42,405 bases of DNA, from the IMG/VR virus record IMGVR_UViG_3300020005_000001, one strand, 5' to 3'. The notes under the pieces are model-generated. The model was not told the DNA's origin, ran no database searches, and saw only the letters and a list, made by a program, of their open reading frames with translations. Shown piece after piece: positions 25,327 through 32,321 of this stretch. Each line of letters opens with the position of its first letter. The first letter of the stretch is position 1. Origin of the DNA: a virus. A program made the translations under genes and the position numbers.

Positions 25327-26114
25327 CGCACGGCCTCCGCGCGCGTCTTGATCTTCGCCCAGCCCTTCGGGTTGGTTTTCGTCAGGTGCTTCCTGAACGG
25401 GCCGGGGGAGGCATCCCACGCCGCCTGGAGCTTCGCGCTCCCCTCGTCGGCGGTCGCCTCCATATCTTCCAGCCACGCGACGTAGCCGTCAGGGCCGGCT
25501 GGGAGGTTGATCTGGTCGGTCTTTTCGCCGTCGTCGTCCTGACCGCGGCTCGTGATGTTCAGGAGGTCGATCGTGGTGTAGCGATGGCCGTAAGACACCG
25601 CCGACCCAAGCCCCTGGATAGCGTTCTTGCTGCCAGATTCGTCAGCCGCGGTCTGGAACTCCGACGTCCTGGCGTGGCCTTCGTTGTGGGTCAGGATGCC
25701 GATCACCTTCACCATCTTCGGCCCCGGCCATTCCGTGCGAAAGCTGAGCGTGAACCCGTGCGCTTTGAGAATCGGCCGGATAACCTTCTGAATGTCCTCG
25801 TTCTTCGCGTAGCGGCTCTGCACGCCGCCGTCTTTGTTCTTGATCGCCCCGCGCTCGGTGATCTCGGGAATCTTCGGCTGCATCTCGGCAAAAGCCACAT
25901 TGAACGCTGCCTCCGCGTTGCGGTCGAGTACCCGTTCCTGCATGGCGATCAGCCGCTCAAGCTTGTCCACGTTGACGTCTGGATTGCTGGCAAGCCGTTC
26001 GATCATCCGGGCCATCTCGGACTCTGGCGCGACGACGGCCGGTACTGTGGAGCCCTCCGGCGCCGTCTTCAGGTCGACGACGAGCGAAGGCTGTTGCGCA
26101 GTAGCTGCTGACAT
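25323..26114 (-). CDS. erf: ERF-family single-strand annealing protein.
   Basis: RYAKNEDIQKVIRPILKAHGF...AIQGLGSAVSYGHRYTTIDLLNI, typical of ERF. Confidence 0.75.
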   Translation of the reverse strand: MSAATAQQPSLVVDLKTAPEGSTVPAVVAPESEMARMIERLASNPDVNVDKLERLIAMQERVLDRNAEAAFNVAFAEMQPKIPEITERGAIKNKDGGVQSRYAKNEDIQKVIRPILKAHGFTLSFRTEWPGPKMVKVIGILTHNEGHARTSEFQTAADESGSKNAIQGLGSAVSYGHRYTTIDLLNITSRGQDDDGEKTDQINLPAGPDGYVAWLEDMEATADEGSAKLQAAWDASPGPFRKHLTKTNPKGWAKIKTRAEAVR

Positions 26115-26387
26115 CTAAACCTCTTCCCCTGTGATATGTGACGCCATCCGCACCCAACGGACGACGCGATCCCGGCCGTACTGATCGATCAACCCGTAGA
26201 GCCCGTCCGGGCCGTGGCCGGTGTCGGTGACCCAGCCCATGACCGTCTGCGCGTCGTGGCGCTGCACCAGGGCCAGGATCGCGTCCATCGCCATCAGACG
26301 CTCCCACTGCTCTGGGGTGGGCGGATCGAAGGTCGGGGCGGCACCTATCTGCGGATCGCGGGGATCGTGAAGTTCGCCAGCCATCAC
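26115..26387 (-). CDS. Hypothetical protein (about 90 aa).
   Basis: ORF track. Confidence 0.5.
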   Translation of the reverse strand: MMAGELHDPRDPQIGAAPTFDPPTPEQWERLMAMDAILALVQRHDAQTVMGWVTDTGHGPDGLYGLIDQYGRDRVVRWVRMASHITGEEV

Positions 26388-26740
26388 CGGACCTGTGCCA
26401 CTGGCGTGGCTACCGCGTCGGCGGGTGTGCCCTCATCCGACGTCGGCAAGAGACGATCGCAAATGGCTTCAATCCACGCGTCCTGCAACATCTGGAACTC
26501 GGCCACCGTGTCTGAGTTGTCATCCCGGTCGATGTTGAAACCCATCGTCCGAGATGTCGGACCGTTGAGACCGAGATGCCCGAAGTAGTAGTAACTGCCA
26601 AGCAACTGCCCAATGACGCAACGAAAACAACTACCGAGATGAAGATTTCCCGTGTCAATGCGGCTGGCCCATCCCGGCGTGACCTGATCGAGATGCGCGG
26701 CGCCCTTGGCGACTCGTTCACGTGCGTCTTGAAATGTCAT
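26384..26740 (-). CDS. Hypothetical protein (118 aa).
   Basis: Trimmed to ATG 26740 (AAGGAA RBS). C-terminus ...PADAVATPVAQVR. Confidence 0.55.
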   Translation of the reverse strand: MTFQDARERVAKGAAHLDQVTPGWASRIDTGNLHLGSCFRCVIGQLLGSYYYFGHLGLNGPTSRTMGFNIDRDDNSDTVAEFQMLQDAWIEAICDRLLPTSDEGTPADAVATPVAQVR

Positions 26741-26756
26741 GCGTTGTTCCTTTTCT

Positions 26757-27083
26757 CTACGCGATGGGTCGTTCCGTGGTCGCCTCGACCGGCGTTGCGA
26801 CCGCGTCGGCGGACACTTGCTCATCGACCGGCTCGTAGGTCGCTGCGAAGATGTCCGGCTTGCAGGGGTAGTACTCGCCCTTCACGCCTCGGATCACCCA
26901 GTCGCCCGGAGTTGCTTCAAATCGGCCCTCCAATGTCTCGATGAAATACTTGCCGTCCCATGCACACGCCGCATTGGGGCCGCAGCTTTCGTGGAACTGA
27001 ACGACACCGAACGGCCACTGCCACGGCTCATTCGGAAGGAACTGTTCTGCGTCAATCACGACCGGTTTCTTTCTGAACTTCAT
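26757..27083 (-). CDS. Conserved small phage protein (PGDWVIRGVKGEYYPCKPDIF family).
   Basis: ORF track. The motif recurs in many phage genomes. C-terminus ...SADAVATPVEATT. Confidence 0.6.
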   Translation of the reverse strand: MKFRKKPVVIDAEQFLPNEPWQWPFGVVQFHESCGPNAACAWDGKYFIETLEGRFEATPGDWVIRGVKGEYYPCKPDIFAATYEPVDEQVSADAVATPVEATTERPIA

Positions 27084-27156
27084 AGATGCTCCTAGCCTTT
27101 CGTTGCGGTGGACGCGGTAAGAAGAAACACGGAGCCTTCTCGGTGCGCCCCGCGCG

Positions 27157-27249
27157 CTAAAACCAGTTTTTGATTTCGTATCGGCGTATATAGAACACCG
27201 TGAACGCCCAGACCGTCAGGACCAGGCCTGTCCACTCTTGCCAGTTCAT
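27157..27249 (-). CDS. Single-pass TM microprotein (30 aa).
   Basis: Hand translation MNWQEWTGLVLTVWAFTVFYIRRYEIKNWF; ATGA overlap at 27246-27249. Confidence 0.45.
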   Translation of the reverse strand: MNWQEWTGLVLTVWAFTVFYIRRYEIKNWF

Positions 27250-27380
27250 CGGCCACACCGTTCCTGATCGGCGGCGTCTAAGGCGGCGCCCCCTCGGACT
27301 ATGATCAACACCGCACAGGTGAGGAAGCCCAGTACCACGCCGATGACGAGTCCGCAGGCGACGAGCAGGATGGACATCAT
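27246..27380 (-). CDS. Single-pass TM microprotein (44 aa).
   Basis: MMSILLVACGLVIGVVLGFLTCAVLIIVRGG...; ATGA overlap at 27377-27380. Confidence 0.5.
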   Translation of the reverse strand: MMSILLVACGLVIGVVLGFLTCAVLIIVRGGAALDAADQERCGR

Positions 27381-27493
27381 TGCGTCACCATCATCCAAGC
27401 CCCAGCAATCACCAAGCTCACCAGGATCAGGGCCACGGACACCACGAACAGGGCCGCGATCCAATCCCACCGGCTCACATCGGCTTCGGTCAT
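27377..27493 (-). CDS. Single-pass TM microprotein (38 aa).
   Basis: MTEADVSRWDWIAALFVVSVALILVSLVIAGAWMMVTQ; ATGA overlap at 27490-27493. Confidence 0.5.
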   Translation of the reverse strand: MTEADVSRWDWIAALFVVSVALILVSLVIAGAWMMVTQ

Positions 27494-27933
27494 GCCCATG
27501 TCCTGTGCGTTTCAGCGATGTGTTCCTGACCGTCGTATTCGCTGATTTCGTAGTCCGTGCCGTCCGGTATCTCCACGACGCTCAGTTCCGCATGAGGACC
27601 GTTGGCCGCGTCTCCGAGTTCTTCCACCACGCGAATCACGAGCGGATGCGTGCGGTTCTCTCGCGTCCATCCGTCCCAATACCGCTGCGCGATCCCGGCC
27701 TTGCCCTTGTACTTGTGGTAGATGTCGGTAAGGCTGCTCTCGCCTTCGGGTGTCAACTCCCGGTCAAAGATGACTTCGCCCTCATTGGCTGGCTGCGGCT
27801 TATATAGACGCGTCTTTTGGTCGCGCTCCTGCTCGATGTACTTGCGCACCGGCACGCCGTACTCCGCGAGCTTTTCGTACGCTGCATCGCTCAGGCCGAA
27901 ACCGCCGAAACACTTGTTGATCACGACCTTCAT
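27490..27933 (-). CDS. Conserved phage protein (MKVVINKCFGGFGLS family).
   Basis: ORF track. Confidence 0.6.
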   Translation of the reverse strand: MKVVINKCFGGFGLSDAAYEKLAEYGVPVRKYIEQERDQKTRLYKPQPANEGEVIFDRELTPEGESSLTDIYHKYKGKAGIAQRYWDGWTRENRTHPLVIRVVEELGDAANGPHAELSVVEIPDGTDYEISEYDGQEHIAETHRTWA

Positions 27934-28178
27934 GCGCGCCTCCGGTCACGGTCGTACGTCTCGCTCCACTGCTCGTAACTCAGCACCTTGCGGGATGAAC
28001 CACGAACCGTCGATGCGGGTTGCGGAGTCACAATGCTCACCGCCTGTCCCTTCGCGTCAAACGTTCTTCGTGGTCCGTCGTACTTCTCTAACTTCAAAAG
28101 CCGATCTCTGAGATCAGAATGGTTCGGGGTCCTCACACGGGTGAGATGCACGAAGAACGCTTTGACGCGCGTGGTCAT
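27930..28178 (-). CDS. Hypothetical protein (82 aa).
   Basis: ORF track; ATGA-coupled on both sides. Confidence 0.5.
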   Translation of the reverse strand: MTTRVKAFFVHLTRVRTPNHSDLRDRLLKLEKYDGPRRTFDAKGQAVSIVTPQPASTVRGSSRKVLSYEQWSETYDRDRRRA

Positions 28179-28540
28179 CCTGTGATCTTCTCACCGACTG
28201 GATCTACCACGTCCACCGACACAGGCTCACCGTTCGCCCACTTCTCGGAGATGCGGGCATGGCCTGCCAGTGCCTCGGTTTCCGTGCTATAGCGATCGGA
28301 GTCCATCTCTCCAAACGACGTAACCTTGCCGTCCTTGTCGCACGGGAACACCATCGTCTCGAAGATGAGCGGCGGGCCAGAACCGAAGGCGTGATTCAGG
28401 CCCAGCCAAACCGTGCTCACCCAATAACCAGACGGGAGGATCGTTTCGGCCACGCGCGCCTCGTCTATGCCGCCCTCAAGGCGGTTGGCCCACTGCTTCA
28501 GCGTCATTGGATTGCCTTGACGGTCGTAGTACTCACTCAT
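28175..28540 (-). CDS. Conserved phage protein (VSTVWLGLNH...PLIFETMVF family).
   Basis: Trimmed to ATG 28540 (AGAGG RBS). Confidence 0.6.
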   Translation of the reverse strand: MSEYYDRQGNPMTLKQWANRLEGGIDEARVAETILPSGYWVSTVWLGLNHAFGSGPPLIFETMVFPCDKDGKVTSFGEMDSDRYSTETEALAGHARISEKWANGEPVSVDVVDPVGEKITG

Positions 28541-28544
28541 GCGA

Positions 28545-28754
28545 TCAACCTCTGTCCGTGGCTGCGTGGATGTGAGCGGGCGGTACGTCAGGACTCCCAG
28601 AGCGCGTCGAATCGTCGTCTCCGAACTCACGCACAAGGCAGTCGTTGCAGATCCCGTGGGAAGCCGTCGCGTTCCGAGGATCGTTGCGGTCCCACGTTGG
28701 GCACCACGCGCAGATCGTTAAGAGGACATCGCCGGGCTTGGAGAGGATGGTCAT
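28545..28754 (-). CDS. Small zinc-binding protein (69 aa).
   Basis: CAWC...CNDC. Start taken at ATG 28754. Confidence 0.5.
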   Translation of the reverse strand: MTILSKPGDVLLTICAWCPTWDRNDPRNATASHGICNDCLVREFGDDDSTRSGSPDVPPAHIHAATDRG

Positions 28755-28756
28755 GA

Positions 28757-29038
28757 CTAGATAGGCCAGAAACAGCCGAGCACCCAATACATCGGGTCAC
28801 TCGTCGTGAGGTTCTTGCAGGGGTCCGTTATGACCACCTCGTCGTCAGCGCGGGCCACCGTCGCCCCAACGGTGCCAAGGATGCCGATGGTCACCACGGC
28901 CACGAGGACCCGCTTGACCTTGGTCGGCCGATACGCCGCGAGATGCGCGATGAGCACCGCGAGCGCCATGGACACCGACAAGCCCCCAGCCGTCGCCAGC
29001 GCATCCGGCCACACCGAGACGATCACCATCGCGGTCAT
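28757..29038 (-). CDS. Membrane protein (about 3 TM, 93 aa).
   Basis: Hydrophobic segments in the ORF-track translation. Confidence 0.55.
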   Translation of the reverse strand: MTAMVIVSVWPDALATAGGLSVSMALAVLIAHLAAYRPTKVKRVLVAVVTIGILGTVGATVARADDEVVITDPCKNLTTSDPMYWVLGCFWPI

Positions 29039-29391
29039 GCCGTCTTTCTCCAGTCGGGAATCAGATCCGCGATTTTCTTGGCACCGAGCACCGCCGCGCC
29101 ACGGATAAGGGCGAGGTCCTCCGGCGCGATCACCGCCGCCCCGAGGCGTGCGGCGCGACGCCGGAGGAAGGACACGTGAAACCCCATCGGGAGGAACGAG
29201 AGCCGATAGGCGTTAAGGGGTTCCGTGCCGGCAAGCTGACGGGAGAGTTGCTGTTCGCTTGAGAGCCCCATCTCAATCGCGGCGGCCTTCTGGCTGATCC
29301 CGCTGTCGGCCAGTGCCCCCACGATGTCCTGCGCGTAGGCGCGGGAGTCCTCCGTATGGCCGGTCCACGCGGCGAAGAGGCCGCCCATCAT
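29035..29391 (-). CDS. HTH DNA-binding protein (cII-like position).
   Basis: GISQKAAAIEMGLSSEQQLSRQLAG. Confidence 0.5.
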   Translation of the reverse strand: MMGGLFAAWTGHTEDSRAYAQDIVGALADSGISQKAAAIEMGLSSEQQLSRQLAGTEPLNAYRLSFLPMGFHVSFLRRRAARLGAAVIAPEDLALIRGAAVLGAKKIADLIPDWRKTA

Positions 29392-29645
29392 CGGGCGACC
29401 CCCGCAAGCGTCTTGTAGGTACGAACCGGACGGGCCTGGAGTAGAGTCGCTCCCGTGACGAGATCAGGCTGGACAGGCGCGGCGGGTTGGGTTACTGTGG
29501 CGCATCGCTCACGCGATGCCCGCCGACAGAAATTCCCAAGGAAATCGGTAACTTTGCAAACCGCAAAGTAAACCGACCATACATTATCGGAACCCGCATC
29601 AATCGCCAGCAATTCCGCCGTCCGCGTTGTAGGACAGACACTCAT
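29388..29645 (-). CDS. Hypothetical protein (85 aa).
   Basis: Trimmed to ATG 29645. Contains the inverted repeat at 29552-29570. Confidence 0.45.
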   Translation of the reverse strand: MSVCPTTRTAELLAIDAGSDNVWSVYFAVCKVTDFLGNFCRRASRERCATVTQPAAPVQPDLVTGATLLQARPVRTYKTLAGVAR

Positions 29646-29646
29646 A

Positions 29647-29871
29647 CTACGCAACCTTCGCAATTTCGGCGATCGTCTCGATCGGCACATTCGTGGTTTT
29701 CGCCAGCCGCAGCACGACGTCAAGTGAGGCGCGGCGTTTGCCCCCGAGGATGTTGCACAGGTGGGATCTGCTGATTCCACACAACTTAGCGAGAGCGCCC
29801 TGGTTGGTCCCCGTCGCGTCTTGCCATGCTTCGACTGAGGAAAAGGCGCGTTTTGGACGGCGATAATTCAT
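29647..29871 (-). CDS. Cro-like XRE-family HTH regulator, first gene of the leftward operon.
   Basis: QGALAKLCGISRSHLCNILGGKRRASLDVVLRLAKTTNVPIETI. Confidence 0.7.
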   Translation of the reverse strand: MNYRRPKRAFSSVEAWQDATGTNQGALAKLCGISRSHLCNILGGKRRASLDVVLRLAKTTNVPIETIAEIAKVA

Positions 29872-29902
29872 GTGACCTCAGAGAAAGTCGTAACGTGTGA
29901 CG

Positions 29903-29930
29903 ATATTACGCCTTTTGCCGAAGTTTGCAA
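29903..29930 (-). promoter_or_regulatory. Leftward early promoter (TTGCAA - 16 nt - TAATAT).
   Basis: Minus-strand reading cTTGCAAacttcggcaaaaggcgTAATATcgtc, about 30 nt upstream of the GAGG RBS of the Cro-like gene. Lies in the AT-richer 166-bp divergent gap. Confidence 0.55.
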
Positions 29931-30037
29931 GCCCAAACAAGCCTCAAAGTAAGAAAAACTCTAACTTACAGATTTCATTGGACTTACGTGTTTCGTCCAG
30001 CAACAATGTAGGACTAAGACTGCGAGTGAAGGACGCC

Positions 30038-30517
30038 ATGACGACGCGCCACGAGAACGCCGCCGCTCGCGTGCGACGACGCATCGCAGAGTGGGCGAAA
30101 AGCGAAGGTCACGGGAGCCGGAAGCGGCTGGCGGATGCCGTCAAGGGTCTCTACGGGAAAGCCCGGTCCGCCTCATGGGTCACGGACCTCATCGACGGTC
30201 CAGACCATGGCGGACAGGATTTGCGCCTCCGCGATCTCGACGCCGTCGCGGAGGTGATGGGGATTCCACCCGGCGATCTGGTCCGACGCGACGACAACAT
30301 GTACGCGGAAGTCACCCCGTCAGAGCTTCGGATTCTCCGTTTTCATCGGTCGCTCCCAGATGTGACGCGTCATCACATGATGGGCTACTTCGATTACATC
30401 TATAATCTGCAACAGCGGGCGCTGGAGAGTCAGGCGCGGGACCGCGACGAACGCACGGCGGAAGCGAAGCGCCAGCGCGCTCGGGATCAACAGACACGCA
30501 AGCGTCCGCCCGCGTAG
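30038..30517 (+). CDS. cI-like HTH repressor (159 aa), divergent from the Cro-like gene.
   Basis: ORF 29897..30517 trimmed to ATG 30038 (GAAGGA RBS). RRRIAEWAKSEGHGSRKRLADAVKG...LRDLDAVAEVMGIPPGDLV XRE-type HTH with a C-terminal helical/basic tail. Confidence 0.6.
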   Translation: MTTRHENAAARVRRRIAEWAKSEGHGSRKRLADAVKGLYGKARSASWVTDLIDGPDHGGQDLRLRDLDAVAEVMGIPPGDLVRRDDNMYAEVTPSELRILRFHRSLPDVTRHHMMGYFDYIYNLQQRALESQARDRDERTAEAKRQRARDQQTRKRPPA

Positions 30518-30734
30518 GACGAACACTGATTGACAGCGAGCCGTACACTGCTTGGTATGCGATCCCATCTTGCGCATCTCGCCTTGTTCGTCGCCCTATG
30601 GTCCACCGCCGGCGCGGTCCTCTGGGTACGATGGGTGCCGTGCCCACAGCGCGACTGTCTCAGGACATCGATTTCACAGGTGCCGTGAACGGCGGGCGAG
30701 ATGGAAGAAACCGACCTTAGCCAGAGATGCGCTC

Positions 30735-30763
30735 TTGACTATCTCGCGATAATCATTTACTGT
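30735..30763 (+). promoter_or_regulatory. Sigma70-like promoter (TTGACT - 17 nt - TACTGT) driving the structured RNAs and rsr.
   Basis: The predicted +1 at about 30770-30772 coincides with the first base of the RNA unit 1 terminal stem. Confidence 0.5.
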
Positions 30764-30771
30764 CTCTCCTA

Positions 30772-30866
30772 GCCGCCGTGGCGTAGGTGAGGGATACTTC
30801 TTTTGGAGAACGGAAGCGGGCCGAAAGGCAGCGCACGAAAACCCCTCATCGTTTGTTCCCGGTGGC
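30772..30866 (+). ncRNA. Structured RNA unit 1, Y-RNA-like candidate (95 nt).
   Basis: Terminal stem GCCGCCG/CGGUGGC. Conserved bulged helix UGGCGUAG // CGUUUGUUCC. Inner stem GGUGAGGG/CCCUCAUC. Hairpins UUCU[UUUGG]AGAA and GCC[GAAA]GGC. Same fold as unit 2, with compensatory changes. Confidence 0.6.
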
Positions 30867-30875
30867 CTTCTCTCT

Positions 30876-30957
30876 CTCGCCGTGGCGTAGATTGCGGTTA
30901 CTTCATTGCTTATGAACGCCCGCAAGGGCATTTCCGCAGTCGCTTGTTCCCGGCGAG
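30876..30957 (+). ncRNA. Structured RNA unit 2, Y-RNA-like candidate (82 nt).
   Basis: CUCGCCG/CGGCGAG. UGGCGUAG // CGCUUGUUCC. GAUUGCGG/CCGCAGUC. UUCAU[UGCUU]AUGAA and GCCC[GCAA]GGGC. Ends 7 nt before the rsr AGGAGG. Confidence 0.6.
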
Positions 30958-30974
30958 GTTCTTTAGGAGGCAGC

Positions 30975-32321
30975 ATGGCGCGCATAAATGTCGGATCGTC
31001 GGCGTTTGCAGGGACCACGCACGAAGGTGCGCCCGCACGTGCGTTGACGTCCGAGCAGGAATTGCGGCGCTCCGTGCTGGCCTGCCTGCTCTGGGAGGAC
31101 GGCTTTTACGAGTCCGGCAAGTCTGTCGCGGATCGTATCGCGGCACTCGTGCCCACCGTGGCGCCGGAACGTGTCGCCGCACTCGCCATTGAAGCCAGTT
31201 CGCAGATGCACCTCCGGCATACGCCGCTGTTCCTTGTGCGCGAGATGGCGCGGCACGTCTCGCATCGGCCTTTCGTCCGAGCCACGCTGGCGGCCGTCAT
31301 TCAGCGCGCTGACGAACTCACGGAGTTCTTGGCGATCTATTGGGGTGGTGGCGATAAGCGCAAGGCGAAAAACCGGCCGCTGCCGAAGTCTGTGCAGCGT
31401 GGACTAGCTGACGCCTTCGCCAAGTTCAACGGCTACCAGCTCGCCAAGTACAACCGGGACGCGCCGATCACGCTGCGCGATGCGCTGTTCCTCTCGCATG
31501 CGGAACCGAAGGACGATGCGCAGGCGGCGATCTGGAAGCAACTGATTGGGGGGACCCTGCCGGCGCCGGACACGTGGGAAGTCGCCATCACGGCAGCGGG
31601 CAAGGACGCGGCGAAAAAGCGCGCCGAGTGGACGCGCCTCTTGACCGAGCGGAAACTCGGCGGGTTCGCGCTGATCCGCAATCTGCGGAACTTGCAGGGC
31701 TGCAAGGTGGCCGATGCACTCATCCGCTCCGCACTCACCGACATGAAGCCGGATCGGATTCTGCCGTTCCGGTTCTTGGCAGCGGTTCGCCACGCACCGA
31801 CGTTTGCGGCTGAACTGGAATCGGCCATGTTCAAGAACCTTGCCGACCAGCCGCATTTCGACGGCATGACCGTGGTGCTCGTGGACGGGTCCGCGTCCAT
31901 GAATGCGGCGCTATCGGCCAAGTCCGATATGACGCGGCACGATGCGGCGCTCGGTGTCGCCATCGCGGCGCGCGAGTTGTCGGAGTCCTGCCGCGTGTTC
32001 GCCTACTCATCGCGGATGGTGGAGGTTCCGGCCTACCGTGGGCTGGCGCTCAGCGCCGCGATTCTCGGCGCGGTCCCTGCGCAGTCCACCTTGCTTGGCG
32101 CGGCCGTGCGGTGGCTGAATACGAACGTGGAGTACCGCCGACTGATTGTTATTACAGACGAACAGTCGCACGATCCGGTCCCTGGCCCGAACGGGCGCGG
32201 CTACGTCATCAACGTGGCGATGAGCAAGCCGGGTATCGGCTACGGACCGTGGAACCACATCGATGGATGGAGCGACCGCGTCCTCGACTTCGTCTGGGCG
32301 GACGAGTCCGAGCGTGCCTGA
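30975..32321 (+). CDS. rsr: Ro60 ortholog (Rsr): TROVE domain plus vWA/MIDAS domain.
   Basis: ATG 30975 has AGGAGG 5 nt upstream. LLWEDGFYE, LFLVREM, ELTEFLAIYW, YQLAKYNRDAPITLRDALFLSHAEP, LIRNLRNL, ILPFRFLAA, VVLVDGSASM, ITDEQ parallel human Ro60 (KYKQRNGWSHKDLLRLSH.KP, LLRNLGKM, IHPFHIL, LAVDVSASM, FTDNE). Confidence 0.9.
   Translation: MARINVGSSAFAGTTHEGAPARALTSEQELRRSVLACLLWEDGFYESGKSVADRIAALVPTVAPERVAALAIEASSQMHLRHTPLFLVREMARHVSHRPFVRATLAAVIQRADELTEFLAIYWGGGDKRKAKNRPLPKSVQRGLADAFAKFNGYQLAKYNRDAPITLRDALFLSHAEPKDDAQAAIWKQLIGGTLPAPDTWEVAITAAGKDAAKKRAEWTRLLTERKLGGFALIRNLRNLQGCKVADALIRSALTDMKPDRILPFRFLAAVRHAPTFAAELESAMFKNLADQPHFDGMTVVLVDGSASMNAALSAKSDMTRHDAALGVAIAARELSESCRVFAYSSRMVEVPAYRGLALSAAILGAVPAQSTLLGAAVRWLNTNVEYRRLIVITDEQSHDPVPGPNGRGYVINVAMSKPGIGYGPWNHIDGWSDRVLDFVWADESERA

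Noticed and set aside
30634-30687. 9-bp direct repeat GGTGCCGTG (30634-30642 and 30679-30687) in the spacer between the cI-like gene and the RNA promoter, and the CTCGCCTTGTTCGTCGCC segment (about 30579-30596) that resembles the RNA 3' block.
   Set aside because: Short and GC-rich, with no matching 5' block or foldable partner, so I could not build a third RNA unit. It could still be an operator, but the evidence is too thin to call.
30772-30866. Interpretation of RNA unit 1 as a tRNA gene (7-bp acceptor-like stem GCCGCCG/CGGUGGC followed by UG).
   Set aside because: There is no T-arm (the 17 nt before the 3' strand do not pair, and there is no TTCRA loop). It has no anticodon arm geometry, D-stem or CCA context. 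The two-hairpin, three-way fold is shared with unit 2 instead.
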